Positions 56,295 to 64,000 of a DNA stretch of 64,000 bases are shown piece after piece (positions within the stretch are counted from its first letter, which is position 1; every line of letters begins with the position of its first letter). This stretch comes from a virus. A model generated the notes under the pieces. It was not told the origin of the DNA, did no database searches, and was given only the letters and a program-made list of their open reading frames with translations. The position numbers and the translations under genes were made by a program. The stretch covers positions 70,338 through 134,337 of the IMG/VR virus record IMGVR_UViG_3300032893_000006; one strand, 5' to 3'.

Positions 56295-56382
56295 GGGATC
56301 GTACTCGAATTGGCTGCAGAGACCTGACTTTTAATCAGCGGGAGAAATCCCAATGTGGGTTCAAGTCCCACCGGTCCCACCA
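56295..56382 (+). tRNA. trnK: tRNA-Lys(TTT) with long variable arm
   Basis: Loop CTTTTAA; extra GGGA-gaaa-TCCC arm; CCA. Confidence 0.85.
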
Positions 56383-56396
56383 AATATAATCGAGAG

Positions 56397-56816
56397 ATGG
56401 CTAACCACCACACAAAAGACAAAGGCGATCTTGCAGTTCTGAAAGTGCAGGCTGATTTATGCGAACAAGGCTTGATTGTATGCACGCCACAGACTGAACA
56501 TGCACTATTTGATATTGTCGCCTACTGCGGTTCTCGGTTCTGGAAAGTGCAAGTGAAATTTTGCTCGGCTCCAGATGGGGTATTGATCGGAACGTGCCAG
56601 CGCACATGGGCAGATAAGCACGGTAATCATATTCAGAAATACGCTGATGGCGATTTTGATGTTCTTGCACTGTATTGCCCGGAAACCGATGAGTGTTATT
56701 ACATTCCTTGGGAAAAATGCAATAAGCGTTGTATTTCTTTGAGGGTTACACCCCCTCTCAATGGAGCAAAGAAGTATTTACGCGCAGGAGATTTTAGAAA
56801 GTTTATGCCCCTGTAG
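56397..56816 (+). CDS. PD-(D/E)XK homing-type endonuclease (I-Ssp6803I-like)
   Basis: KDKGDLA...FDIV...KVQVK...DFDVLALYCP; stop lies inside the next tRNA. Confidence 0.82.
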   Translation: MANHHTKDKGDLAVLKVQADLCEQGLIVCTPQTEHALFDIVAYCGSRFWKVQVKFCSAPDGVLIGTCQRTWADKHGNHIQKYADGDFDVLALYCPETDECYYIPWEKCNKRCISLRVTPPLNGAKKYLRAGDFRKFMPL

Positions 56817-56883
56817 CTCAGGTGGACAGAGCATCCGCCTTCTAAGTGGAGGGTCGCAAGTTCGAATCTTGCCGGGGGCACCA
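56807..56883 (+). tRNA. trnR: tRNA-Arg(TCT)
   Basis: Loop CTTCTAA; CCA. Confidence 0.96.
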
Positions 56884-56888
56884 GATTT

Positions 56889-56966
56889 GCCGCTGTATCT
56901 CTCCCGTCTCCTAAGCGGGCAAGAGTAAACTGGATGATGCCGGTTCGACTCCGGTCAGCGGCTCCA
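56889..56966 (+). tRNA. D-armless tRNA with CCT anticodon (Arg-like)
   Basis: Acceptor, anticodon (CTCCTAA) and T arms and CCA intact; 7-nt linker replaces the D arm; 19-nt variable region. Confidence 0.65.
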
Positions 56967-56969
56967 GTT

Positions 56970-57365
56970 ATGAACACACACGAACGAGGCACGGCCAGTG
57001 AAAGCGCTGTAATCACGTATCTTCTGAATAAAGGGCACGCTGTTTCGATACCGCTCGGCTCTAGAAGATACGACCTCATCGTTGACGATGAGCTAGGGCT
57101 TCACAGGGTTCAAGTAAAGACGGGTAGGATCGTTGATGGTTGCGTGAGATTTAACGCATGTTCGGTGGATGGTACAGCTAAACCAGCCAAGAAACGCTAC
57201 TACACGAGGGATGAAGTCGATATGTTTGTGGTTTTCTGTCCGCAGAATGGAAAGTTTTACCGCGTTTTTTTGGAGGATGGTAGGACAGATTACTCGCTGA
57301 GAATTTCCCCGGCGAAGAATGGAATGAAGAAGGGCATTCGGAATGCTGTAGACTATGAATTTTAA
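56970..57365 (+). CDS. PD-(D/E)XK homing-type endonuclease (I-Ssp6803I-like)
   Basis: RGTASE...YDLIVD...RVQVKT...YTRDEVDMFVVFCP. Confidence 0.85.
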   Translation: MNTHERGTASESAVITYLLNKGHAVSIPLGSRRYDLIVDDELGLHRVQVKTGRIVDGCVRFNACSVDGTAKPAKKRYYTRDEVDMFVVFCPQNGKFYRVFLEDGRTDYSLRISPAKNGMKKGIRNAVDYEF

Positions 57366-57370
57366 GTTTT

Positions 57371-57447
57371 GCGCGAATAGCTCAGGCGGATAGAGCGGAA
57401 GTTTCCGAAGCTTCAGGCCGCAGGTTCGAATCCTGCTTCGCGCACCA
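57371..57447 (+). tRNA. trnR: tRNA-Arg(CCG)
   Basis: Loop TTCCGAA; CCA. Confidence 0.95.
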
Positions 57448-57461
57448 GATAGGAGGCGACG

Positions 57462-57686
57462 TTGAAGCGGTGGACGTCCGAAGTTGTTGATCGCGGCACG
57501 CACAGAGTGATGGGAAAGAGATTTCACCTTATGAGCCGCGTGGCTGTTCGGGAAGATGGAGCCAAGACACTTTTCGTTGCAAAGGGTCGCAATCCTCAGG
57601 AGTGTCTTGCTGTGCTTAACACGTTTGTCTGGCCCGAGTGTGAATGTTGGCAAGGCCAACCGCCATGCAGAATGCATCAAGCATAG
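57462..57686 (+). CDS. Small hypothetical protein
   Basis: AGGAGG RBS; TTG start; fits between tRNAs. Confidence 0.55.
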   Translation: MKRWTSEVVDRGTHRVMGKRFHLMSRVAVREDGAKTLFVAKGRNPQECLAVLNTFVWPECECWQGQPPCRMHQA

Positions 57687-57692
57687 AGTTTT

Positions 57693-57768
57693 GCGGAGTT
57701 AGATCAGCGGCTAGATCGTCTGCCTTACAAGCAGGTCGTCGGGGGTTCGAGTCCCTCCCTCCGCACCA
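57693..57768 (+). tRNA. trnV: tRNA-Val(TAC)
   Basis: Loop CTTACAA; CCA. Confidence 0.95.
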
Positions 57769-57774
57769 AGTTTT

Positions 57775-57848
57775 GTCGATGTAGCTCAGTGGCAGAGCCG
57801 TCGCATGGTAAGCGACAGACTCGGGTTCGATTCCCGACATCGGCTCCA
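57775..57848 (+). tRNA. trnT: tRNA-Thr(GGT)
   Basis: Loop ATGGTAA; CCA. Confidence 0.94.
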
Positions 57849-57849
57849 T

Positions 57850-57923
57850 GTACCTGTCGTCCAACGGTAGGACGCACGCCCGATTAGCGTGTCATCGCGG
57901 TTCAAATCCGTGCAGGTACACCA
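57850..57923 (+). tRNA. trnI: tRNA-Ile(GAT), C33, atypical body
   Basis: Loop CCGATTA; A73; CCA. Confidence 0.82.
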
Positions 57924-57973
57924 TATTCTAAGTAATCATGCTATGCTCTATCGACAGGTTACATGGAGCATAA

Positions 57974-58546
57974 ATGCCGAATTGCAAATTATGCGCTGAG
58001 TATTTTCCAGTTCAAGAAACAGTGGATGGGAAAAAATTCCGGTACCACTCTCGCAAGTATTGCTTTACATGTTCTCCTCGGGGCCAACGCAACACGCATA
58101 AACTTGAACGCGATTTAGTAACGGGTAAAATTGTAAAGCTTCGTCCGAACTACTTCAGTGGACCCCGAACACGGCTAGTGGCGATTGGTGCTGCAGTCGA
58201 GTGTCGCGAGTGTGGAAGAAGCTATTACTATAATCCTAACGCGGGGCACCAAACGGAGATTTGCAATTCGTGTAATGCAAACCGTAAACGCGTAACGGTC
58301 AAGAAGAAGTGCGTTGAATACAAGGGGGGTGAGTGCGAACGCTGCGGTTACTCCAAGTGCTTACGAGCCCTTGAGTTTCATCACAGAGAACCAAAAAAGA
58401 AAGAGTTTTCCATTGGCACAAAAATGTCTTGGTCGTGGTCGCGACTACGGAAAGAACTCGATAAATGTCGCCTGTTGTGCAGCAATTGTCATTGTGAGGT
58501 GCACGAAGAAGAAGATAGAGCGCGTAAATTTGGAAGGAATTCCTGA
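57974..58546 (+). CDS. Zn-finger HNH endonuclease (paralogue of 50821..51411)
   Basis: CERCGY...LEFHHREP...CRLLCSNCHCEVH. Confidence 0.88.
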   Translation: MPNCKLCAEYFPVQETVDGKKFRYHSRKYCFTCSPRGQRNTHKLERDLVTGKIVKLRPNYFSGPRTRLVAIGAAVECRECGRSYYYNPNAGHQTEICNSCNANRKRVTVKKKCVEYKGGECERCGYSKCLRALEFHHREPKKKEFSIGTKMSWSWSRLRKELDKCRLLCSNCHCEVHEEEDRARKFGRNS

Positions 58547-58587
58547 TAAGGGTGAGGTCGACAGTTCAATCCTGTCCACGCCAACCA
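58543..58587 (+). pseudogene. 3' half of a tRNA-Ile(GAT)
   Basis: CTGATAA-GGGTG-AGGTC-GACAG-TTCAATC-CTGTC-CACGCCA-A-CCA; no 5' half found. Confidence 0.8.
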
Positions 58588-58650
58588 AAGTTTAGTAACC
58601 GTTACGAACGATTTCGTGACTACGCCAAAAAGTTCTGGCAGAATTTCCGG

Positions 58651-59115
58651 ATGAAAAAGAATCTGTTGTACATGAAGTATCTTGCTCGACACAAGTGGTT
58701 CGTCTTGGTTGCCGGGTTGAAGTTCAAGGTTCCGCTGCTGAGGTTGATCTTTCACGACTGGTCGAAGCTGATGCCGGTCGAGTGGGTGGCTTACAGAGAG
58801 TTCTTCTACGGCGAGCGAACAGATGAAGTGAAGGAAGCATTCAAGCGCGCTTGGGCTCATCACATTCACCTGAATCCTCACCACTGGAACCACTGGATGT
58901 ACACCGACGAGGATGGCACCAAGACGCTGCAGATGCCAGAGACCTACGTCAGAGAGATGCTGGCAGACTGGTACGGAGCCGGTCGAGCAATCCGAGGAAC
59001 GTGGAGCGCCGATTGGTGGTACGAAAAGAACAAGGAAACGATTCTCCTGCACCCGACGACCCGGCTCTGGGTCGAGGCCGATCTTCAAAGGGCGCAACGG
59101 GAATTTAAGTGGTAA
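58651..59115 (+). CDS. DUF5662-like His-rich (HD-related) protein
   Basis: RHK...HDWSKL...HHIHLNPHHW...EMLADW. Confidence 0.78.
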   Translation: MKKNLLYMKYLARHKWFVLVAGLKFKVPLLRLIFHDWSKLMPVEWVAYREFFYGERTDEVKEAFKRAWAHHIHLNPHHWNHWMYTDEDGTKTLQMPETYVREMLADWYGAGRAIRGTWSADWWYEKNKETILLHPTTRLWVEADLQRAQREFKW

Positions 59116-59118
59116 TGA

Positions 59119-59196
59119 GCGACCGTAGCCAAGTCCGGTAAGGCACGAGGCTTCCACCCTCGCATTGCGTGAGTTCAAATCTCACCGGTCGCTCCA
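59119..59196 (+). tRNA. trnG: tRNA-Gly(TCC)
   Basis: Loop CTTCCAC; U73; CCA. Confidence 0.94.
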
Positions 59197-59219
59197 TCCC
59201 TCCGATATAATTCCCCACA

Positions 59220-59582
59220 ATGAAAAAAGTGACGTATGCCAAGTTTTGGACGATGTTTGAACCTTTCGGTTGGGAGATCGACATTGTCTTTGTGACCGAT
59301 GTTGCTGGCTATGCGCGCCGATTCAAATACGCACACAAGGCCGATTGGGAAGCTTTCGCATGTACGGACTACGAAAAAAGAAAAACAACCATCGTACTGC
59401 CGTGGGATGTGAGTGCTGGTGTGGTAGCCCACGAGGCGTACCACTGCGTGGTGGCCTGTTTGCAAGCTTGCGCCGTGGTGGATGAGGAAGCCGCAGCATA
59501 CCATTTGCAATATCTGGTCGAGGAGATCGGAGATTTCTGGCGCGAAAGAAAGAAAAAGCGACGTTTCTTCATCTCTAAATAG
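59220..59582 (+). CDS. Small HExxH metallopeptidase-like protein
   Basis: VVAHEAYH...DEEAAAY. Confidence 0.65.
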   Translation: MKKVTYAKFWTMFEPFGWEIDIVFVTDVAGYARRFKYAHKADWEAFACTDYEKRKTTIVLPWDVSAGVVAHEAYHCVVACLQACAVVDEEAAAYHLQYLVEEIGDFWRERKKKRRFFISK

Positions 59583-59649
59583 CCAGCGAAATTGTTAACG
59601 TGCTACACTTCCGGCACGGAAACTGCGCGCGTCAAGTATACTGCCATCC

Positions 59650-60273
59650 ATGGACGCGGAAACAAAAATTCAGATAGCGCGAATAGGTAGCACTCCTGCT
59701 GTTTCTCCCGTTAGACAAATGCTTTGGGAGAGAGAAGGCAAGAAATGCCACTGGTGTCACCAACCGACTCGCTTACATCCATTTAAAGCAGATGGAAGCT
59801 ACGATGCGAACGCATGGGACAAGGCGACTGTCGATCATGTCATACCGCGCTCTAAAGAGGGTACAAACGATCTCTCAAATTTGGTTTCTGCGTGCAACCT
59901 TTGTAACAACCGGCGCGGCCACGAAGATCAGTGCGGTCTCCCCGATGGCTCGATGCTTGGCAAGTACGATCCCAGTAAGGGGATGACATACAAGGGGCCA
60001 AAAAGGCGTGTCGCCCTTAGTGGGGATGACAAGAAGGCCATCATGGCCGGGAAATTGCCGCCAACCGTCAAGCATAGCGCGGAAGATATTTTGCGCATTC
60101 AACGCGATCAGGCCCTCCGGCAAGTGATGCTTTTGCGAAAAGATAAGGAAATTCTAAGGCAGACAATCACCGCGCAAGAAACCACAATAAAGCAACTCCA
60201 ATTCCAGATTTCTGAGTTCAGCGTCTGGCGTCTTTTACGCATCCGGATTGCTGAATGGATCAGGCCAAAATAA
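59650..60273 (+). CDS. HNH endonuclease with coiled-coil tail
   Basis: CHWCH...ATVDHVIPRSKEGTNDLSNLVSACNLCNNRR. Confidence 0.88.
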   Translation: MDAETKIQIARIGSTPAVSPVRQMLWEREGKKCHWCHQPTRLHPFKADGSYDANAWDKATVDHVIPRSKEGTNDLSNLVSACNLCNNRRGHEDQCGLPDGSMLGKYDPSKGMTYKGPKRRVALSGDDKKAIMAGKLPPTVKHSAEDILRIQRDQALRQVMLLRKDKEILRQTITAQETTIKQLQFQISEFSVWRLLRIRIAEWIRPK

Positions 60274-60282
60274 ACTGCGTGC

Positions 60283-60570
60283 ATGAGCGCAGACTATGAT
60301 ATTCTGGCGCTCATCGGAGCAGCATTGGAAAAAAAGAAACATAATGCGGTTGTTTCTGTGTGCGCGAGCTTCTGCATGGCCCTGACTCTGCTCTTCATTA
60401 GCTGCAAAGTAGGAGAGATTATTGATTGGAGTTGGTGGTGGGTGTTTTCGCCGATATGGATCGCCGGATTTTTGATTATGATCTTCGTTTATCTGGCAGA
60501 CTTCGTTGACGGAGGAGTTGCCTTACTAAGGTTTCTCAAGGCGTGCTACTGCAAATCAAAGGGGGAATGA
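60283..60570 (+). CDS. Small membrane protein
   Basis: IIDWSWWWVFSPIWI two-TM phage motif. Confidence 0.7.
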   Translation: MSADYDILALIGAALEKKKHNAVVSVCASFCMALTLLFISCKVGEIIDWSWWWVFSPIWIAGFLIMIFVYLADFVDGGVALLRFLKACYCKSKGE

Positions 60571-60574
60571 ACGC

Positions 60575-61057
60575 ATGGATGGTTCAGCAATGAACGTAAT
60601 CCACGTCACGGATTTGAAGTACGCGGAACTTGGCGAAGGTCCATGGCGTATCTATATTTTCGACAAAGACGGATTTCACTCGGGCGGCAAGTGGTTTCGC
60701 GATGGAGCCGTAAAGTATCCAGACGAAGAAGTCGGGAAAGAGGAAGCGTACCAGACTTGCATGGCCGCTGTGCTTCTGAAGCGCGAGGTTCGCATCTGCG
60801 ACGGCGGCGACAAGTTGGTCTTTCACTCGAAGGACGGATCAGTCATTCACGGAGAGCGCTTTTGGGGGCCACTCGGATTCGATCTCAAGCAAATGGCCAT
60901 CAATGCGGCACGTGTTGAGATAGCCAAGGATGCGCTGTCGCGAGATGGCATGTGTATCAGTTGTCGTGAGCCAGCACTCCCCAAGTGCTACTCCGAAGCG
61001 GGTCGGCGCGAGTACGGCATTTCTGGCTTGTGCGAGAAATGCTTCGATGCTATCTGA
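60575..61057 (+). CDS. Hypothetical protein with C-terminal Zn finger
   Basis: CISC...REYGISGLCEKCFD. Confidence 0.6.
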   Translation: MDGSAMNVIHVTDLKYAELGEGPWRIYIFDKDGFHSGGKWFRDGAVKYPDEEVGKEEAYQTCMAAVLLKREVRICDGGDKLVFHSKDGSVIHGERFWGPLGFDLKQMAINAARVEIAKDALSRDGMCISCREPALPKCYSEAGRREYGISGLCEKCFDAI

Positions 61058-61116
61058 GGATCGGAATGAATATTCTGCTTGATCCATCTCTGCAATCTGG
61101 ACTGTAATAGAAAACC

Positions 61117-61524
61117 ATGCGCGCTCTTGTAATTGACGACGATACCATCACGAAGGTCAAGCAGGTCATCGCTTACGCGCGGAGCCATGTCTATTATCCC
61201 GGGATCAGTGAATCTATCCCGGGCGATGTTGCAGGTCACATTGTTTACATCAACTCGTATCGCTGTGTTTTCTCGTTTACGAAAGAGAATGGCGAAGCTG
61301 GCAGACTCTATCGACACCTGTCGATTTCGATTCCGTCGAAAGACTATCCCCACCCCATCGCTATCAGCGCCATCGCAGGCGTGTTCGAGTTCACCGAGTC
61401 AGAGAGAGGTGTTCAACAGCGCGTGAGGGACGGCGCTTGGAGTGTCGGAATCAATAAAAATGAGCACTGTGTCGTCGTGGTTGAGGAGTTGAAGAATGGG
61501 CAGTCAGATAGTGCAGCACATTGA
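61117..61524 (+). CDS. Hypothetical protein
   Basis: 135-aa ORF; YRHLSIS motif. Confidence 0.55.
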   Translation: MRALVIDDDTITKVKQVIAYARSHVYYPGISESIPGDVAGHIVYINSYRCVFSFTKENGEAGRLYRHLSISIPSKDYPHPIAISAIAGVFEFTESERGVQQRVRDGAWSVGINKNEHCVVVVEELKNGQSDSAAH

Positions 61525-61888
61525 GCGCCGCGCCGCACATCGCGCGGCAAACCACGCGATCCCGGAGATGACCGATCCCATGGGAAGATATTGGGATCAA
61601 CCTGATCGCTCTCTGATCGAGGTAGATGATACTCATGCGCTGATGTCTCTCCGTACGTTTAGGGAGCTTAAAGAATACTCGGCATCGAACCCCTCTGGCG
61701 TCTACCCCGGGAAGATGTGGAAGCAGCGCCAAGATGGAATTTACGACCGAGAGTTTCTGGCTCTGGGTGGTAAACAAAAATGGCTGCTTTGCTGGTATGG
61801 ATTGAGCGAGAAAGGCCCCGGGTGGTGCTCAATTTGCCATCGCACCGTCAGGTTACTGGATGCTGATATTGAGAGCGTGGACGAGTGA
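61496..61888 (+). CDS. Hypothetical protein
   Basis: 130-aa ORF; YSASNPSGVYPGKMWK. Confidence 0.55.
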   Translation: MGSQIVQHIERRAAHRAANHAIPEMTDPMGRYWDQPDRSLIEVDDTHALMSLRTFRELKEYSASNPSGVYPGKMWKQRQDGIYDREFLALGGKQKWLLCWYGLSEKGPGWCSICHRTVRLLDADIESVDE

Positions 61889-62334
61889 ATGGACTGGAGG
61901 TAAATATGGAAAAAGAGGAAATCATTCGCGGATTGAAGGCTGGCAGGGTGTTGAACTGCGACCGGAGAGATGAGCCGTTGCTGCCTTGGCTTTTGGAGCA
62001 TCCGAATGTTGAAAACAGCGGTGTCATCCAACTCGACGAGCAAAGCAGCGTGATTAAGTTCTGGTGGAAAAAGGAGGCTGTGAAGCCTGAGTGCCCGGTG
62101 TGTAAGTCCACCACCTTTACAGTCCATCCCGGGGTGGTAACGACTCTTGTCGGGTATTCCCCCGTTATTATCGATGGGGTTGAGCATGACCACGACGACA
62201 ATTGCCGGAAATCTGCGGCATGTTGCGAGAACGGACACGACTTCGTCGTGAGACGCAGGAATCGGTGTTCAAAATGTGAGTGGGTTGGCAAAGAGAAGTG
62301 TTTCTGCGATACCCCATTGACCGTTGTAATCTAG
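61885..62334 (+). CDS. Cys-rich hypothetical protein
   Basis: CPVC, HDHDDNC and CSKC motifs. Confidence 0.55.
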   Translation: MNGLEVNMEKEEIIRGLKAGRVLNCDRRDEPLLPWLLEHPNVENSGVIQLDEQSSVIKFWWKKEAVKPECPVCKSTTFTVHPGVVTTLVGYSPVIIDGVEHDHDDNCRKSAACCENGHDFVVRRRNRCSKCEWVGKEKCFCDTPLTVVI

Positions 62335-62528
62335 TCTTTCTTCTTTTTCGGTCTGCCGCCGTTGTAGGACTTCCTTGGGTGACTTTGCTTGGCCAGATTT
62401 GAAAAGTATGTTTTGCCGTACTTCTTCCTCAGCTTCTTCCCCGCCATCTTGGCAATCGTCGAATAAAAATTGGGATCGGATTTTGAGAGTTTAACGGGCG
62501 CAGATTTTTCTGTGAATTTTGCTGCCAT
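62331..62528 (-). CDS. Small basic KGG-like protein
   Basis: FYSTIAKMAGKK...YFSNLAK. Confidence 0.55.
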   Translation of the reverse strand: MAAKFTEKSAPVKLSKSDPNFYSTIAKMAGKKLRKKYGKTYFSNLAKQSHPRKSYNGGRPKKKKD

Positions 62529-62583
62529 GAGGCATATTCTATGTGCATCTGGTCATTCAGTCCAGCAAAATGGAGTCTCCCCC

Positions 62584-63624
62584 ATGCCTGTCGATCCAAT
62601 TGTTCCTGATCTCAAAAAGATCATTTCCAAAGAAAAGCAGCGTCAGCAAATCCACGTGTCCGCAGTCAACATGGCGAATGACTGCGGCCAGCGCTTCGTC
62701 TATCGCTATCTGCTCGGCATCAAGAGGCCACCGAATGCATTTCTGCTAGTCGGCAAGTCGACCGACGAATCCGTGACTCGCGATCTCGACCACAAGATCG
62801 AGACTGGCGAACTTCTCTCCCGGGAAGACGTTCTCGGAATTTCTGCCGCGAAGTTCGAAGAGGAGCAGAAGACCGAGTCGATTGAACTCGATCCTGAGGA
62901 AAAAGCCGAAGGGGTCTCGCTGGAGCAGGTGCTTGGCGAGGCGAAAGATAAGGCGATTGCTCTCTCCGGCCTGCACCACGACGAGGCAGCGCCGAAGATC
63001 GAGCCCTTCAAGACCAGACGGAAGTTCTCGATTAACATGGACAAGTTCCTGAGGACACGTGCCAAGGAGTTGCACCAAGCTGCCGACGAATCTCCTGACA
63101 AGTTCGGCGGCAAGGTTCTCGATGGACAGGCCACCGCTCTCAACTCCGCCGCTCGCGACGGGATCGACTTCGTCGGCGAGCAGGATATCGTCGAGATCGT
63201 CAACAACACGCTCGTGATCCGCGATACGAAGACCTCGGGCAAGTCGCCGACACCATCGATTTTTGACGGCAACAAGAAGGCCGGTACCGCCGATGAGTCA
63301 GAGCAGCTTACGGCGTACGCGACAGCCAGTTACGTGATCGACGGCAAGCTGCCGGACAAGATGATCCTCGACTACCTCGTCAGGACCAAAGCCGTATCCC
63401 CGACGACAAAGTATGTGCCCACGGCGACGACGCGCGACATGGATGATGTGAACGTGTTTCTCAATCGCTTCATCAACCTGATCCACGCAATGAAGTCGGG
63501 TGTGTTCGTTCCGGCGAATCAGAGTTGGTGGGGATGTTCTCAAAAATGGTGCGGATATTTCGATATCTGCGTGTACAGCAAAAAGCCGAAGTTGGTACAA
63601 ATCACTGAATCGGTAAAGGACTAA
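62584..63624 (+). CDS. PD-(D/E)XK (RecB/Cas4-like) exonuclease
   Basis: HVSAVNM..DCGQRF...QDIV...IRDTKTS...QLTAYA...WGCSQKWCGYFDIC. Confidence 0.85.
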   Translation: MPVDPIVPDLKKIISKEKQRQQIHVSAVNMANDCGQRFVYRYLLGIKRPPNAFLLVGKSTDESVTRDLDHKIETGELLSREDVLGISAAKFEEEQKTESIELDPEEKAEGVSLEQVLGEAKDKAIALSGLHHDEAAPKIEPFKTRRKFSINMDKFLRTRAKELHQAADESPDKFGGKVLDGQATALNSAARDGIDFVGEQDIVEIVNNTLVIRDTKTSGKSPTPSIFDGNKKAGTADESEQLTAYATASYVIDGKLPDKMILDYLVRTKAVSPTTKYVPTATTRDMDDVNVFLNRFINLIHAMKSGVFVPANQSWWGCSQKWCGYFDICVYSKKPKLVQITESVKD

Positions 63625-63626
63625 GC

Positions 63627-63980
63627 ATGGCAGGATGGATTGGTGTTGATTTAGACGGCACACTGGCAACTTACGACGGATGGGTGGACGAGCATCATAT
63701 CGGCCTACCCATTCCGGCGATGGTCGCACGTGTAAAGGCGTGGCTCGCGGAAGGCAAAGAAGTTCGCATATTTACGGCTAGAGTTGCCGTTGCGGACGGG
63801 AATCGCGCTACCAGCAGCGTTGACGCGATTCGAGCGAGCATTCAGAATTGGTGCCGCATTCATATCGGTGCATTACTCGACATAACCTGCACGAAAGACT
63901 ACGGCATGATCGAACTTTGGGATGACCGATGCGTTCAGGTCATTCCAAACACTGGACAAAGGGCTGACGGAAAACAGTAA
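63627..63980 (+). CDS. HAD-family phosphatase (PNKP 3'-phosphatase-like)
   Basis: WIGVDLDGTLA, IFTAR and WDDR HAD motifs. Confidence 0.85.
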   Translation: MAGWIGVDLDGTLATYDGWVDEHHIGLPIPAMVARVKAWLAEGKEVRIFTARVAVADGNRATSSVDAIRASIQNWCRIHIGALLDITCTKDYGMIELWDDRCVQVIPNTGQRADGKQ

Positions 63981-64000
63981 AGGAGGAAAGCAATGTCTGA

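Noticed and set aside
56260-56334. Short ORF with AGGAG RBS running into tRNA-Lys(TTT) as a fourth attenuator
   Set aside because: No downstream terminator or antiterminator, and its codons do not match the following tRNAs.
57925-58587. Group I intron in tRNA-Ile carrying the HNH gene
   Set aside because: No 5' tRNA half upstream and no recognisable P7 or other intron core.
62216-63624. Cas4 as evidence of a CRISPR-Cas system
   Set aside because: Stand-alone PD-(D/E)XK exonucleases are common phage recombination genes; no cas1, cas2 or array in the window.

Overview
This is a 64-kb slice of a large tailed phage genome with podovirus-like organisation. The host cannot be determined, but lipoprotein, Tat and Sec signals point to a diderm. 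Layout: 1-28.5 kb (+) holds virion, tail and fibre genes, a lysis cassette, a papain-like protease, a cluster of small basic proteins and four putative ejection proteins, the last with ART-PolyVal-like and GGDEF-like domains. 29.4-40.5 kb (-) holds a glycosyltransferase / B12 radical-SAM module and typical phage accessory genes. 40.8-59.2 kb is a translation-support island: about 37 canonical or near-canonical tRNAs, several aberrant tRNA-like RNAs, a permuted two-piece tmRNA, interleaved HNH and PD-(D/E)XK endonucleases, and a Ro60/TROVE gene preceded by six Y-RNA-like elements. 59.2-64 kb holds small early or replication-type genes. The main finding is that each of the three large tRNA clusters starts with a promoter, a short near-leaderless ORF and an antiterminator/terminator switch. 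Each ORF's codons match almost one-to-one the anticodons of the tRNAs in its own downstream cluster. This looks like ribosome-mediated attenuation that senses shortage of specific tRNAs and switches on phage replacements. I do not know of a published description, but I could not search the literature. All RNA folds were read by eye and not computed.
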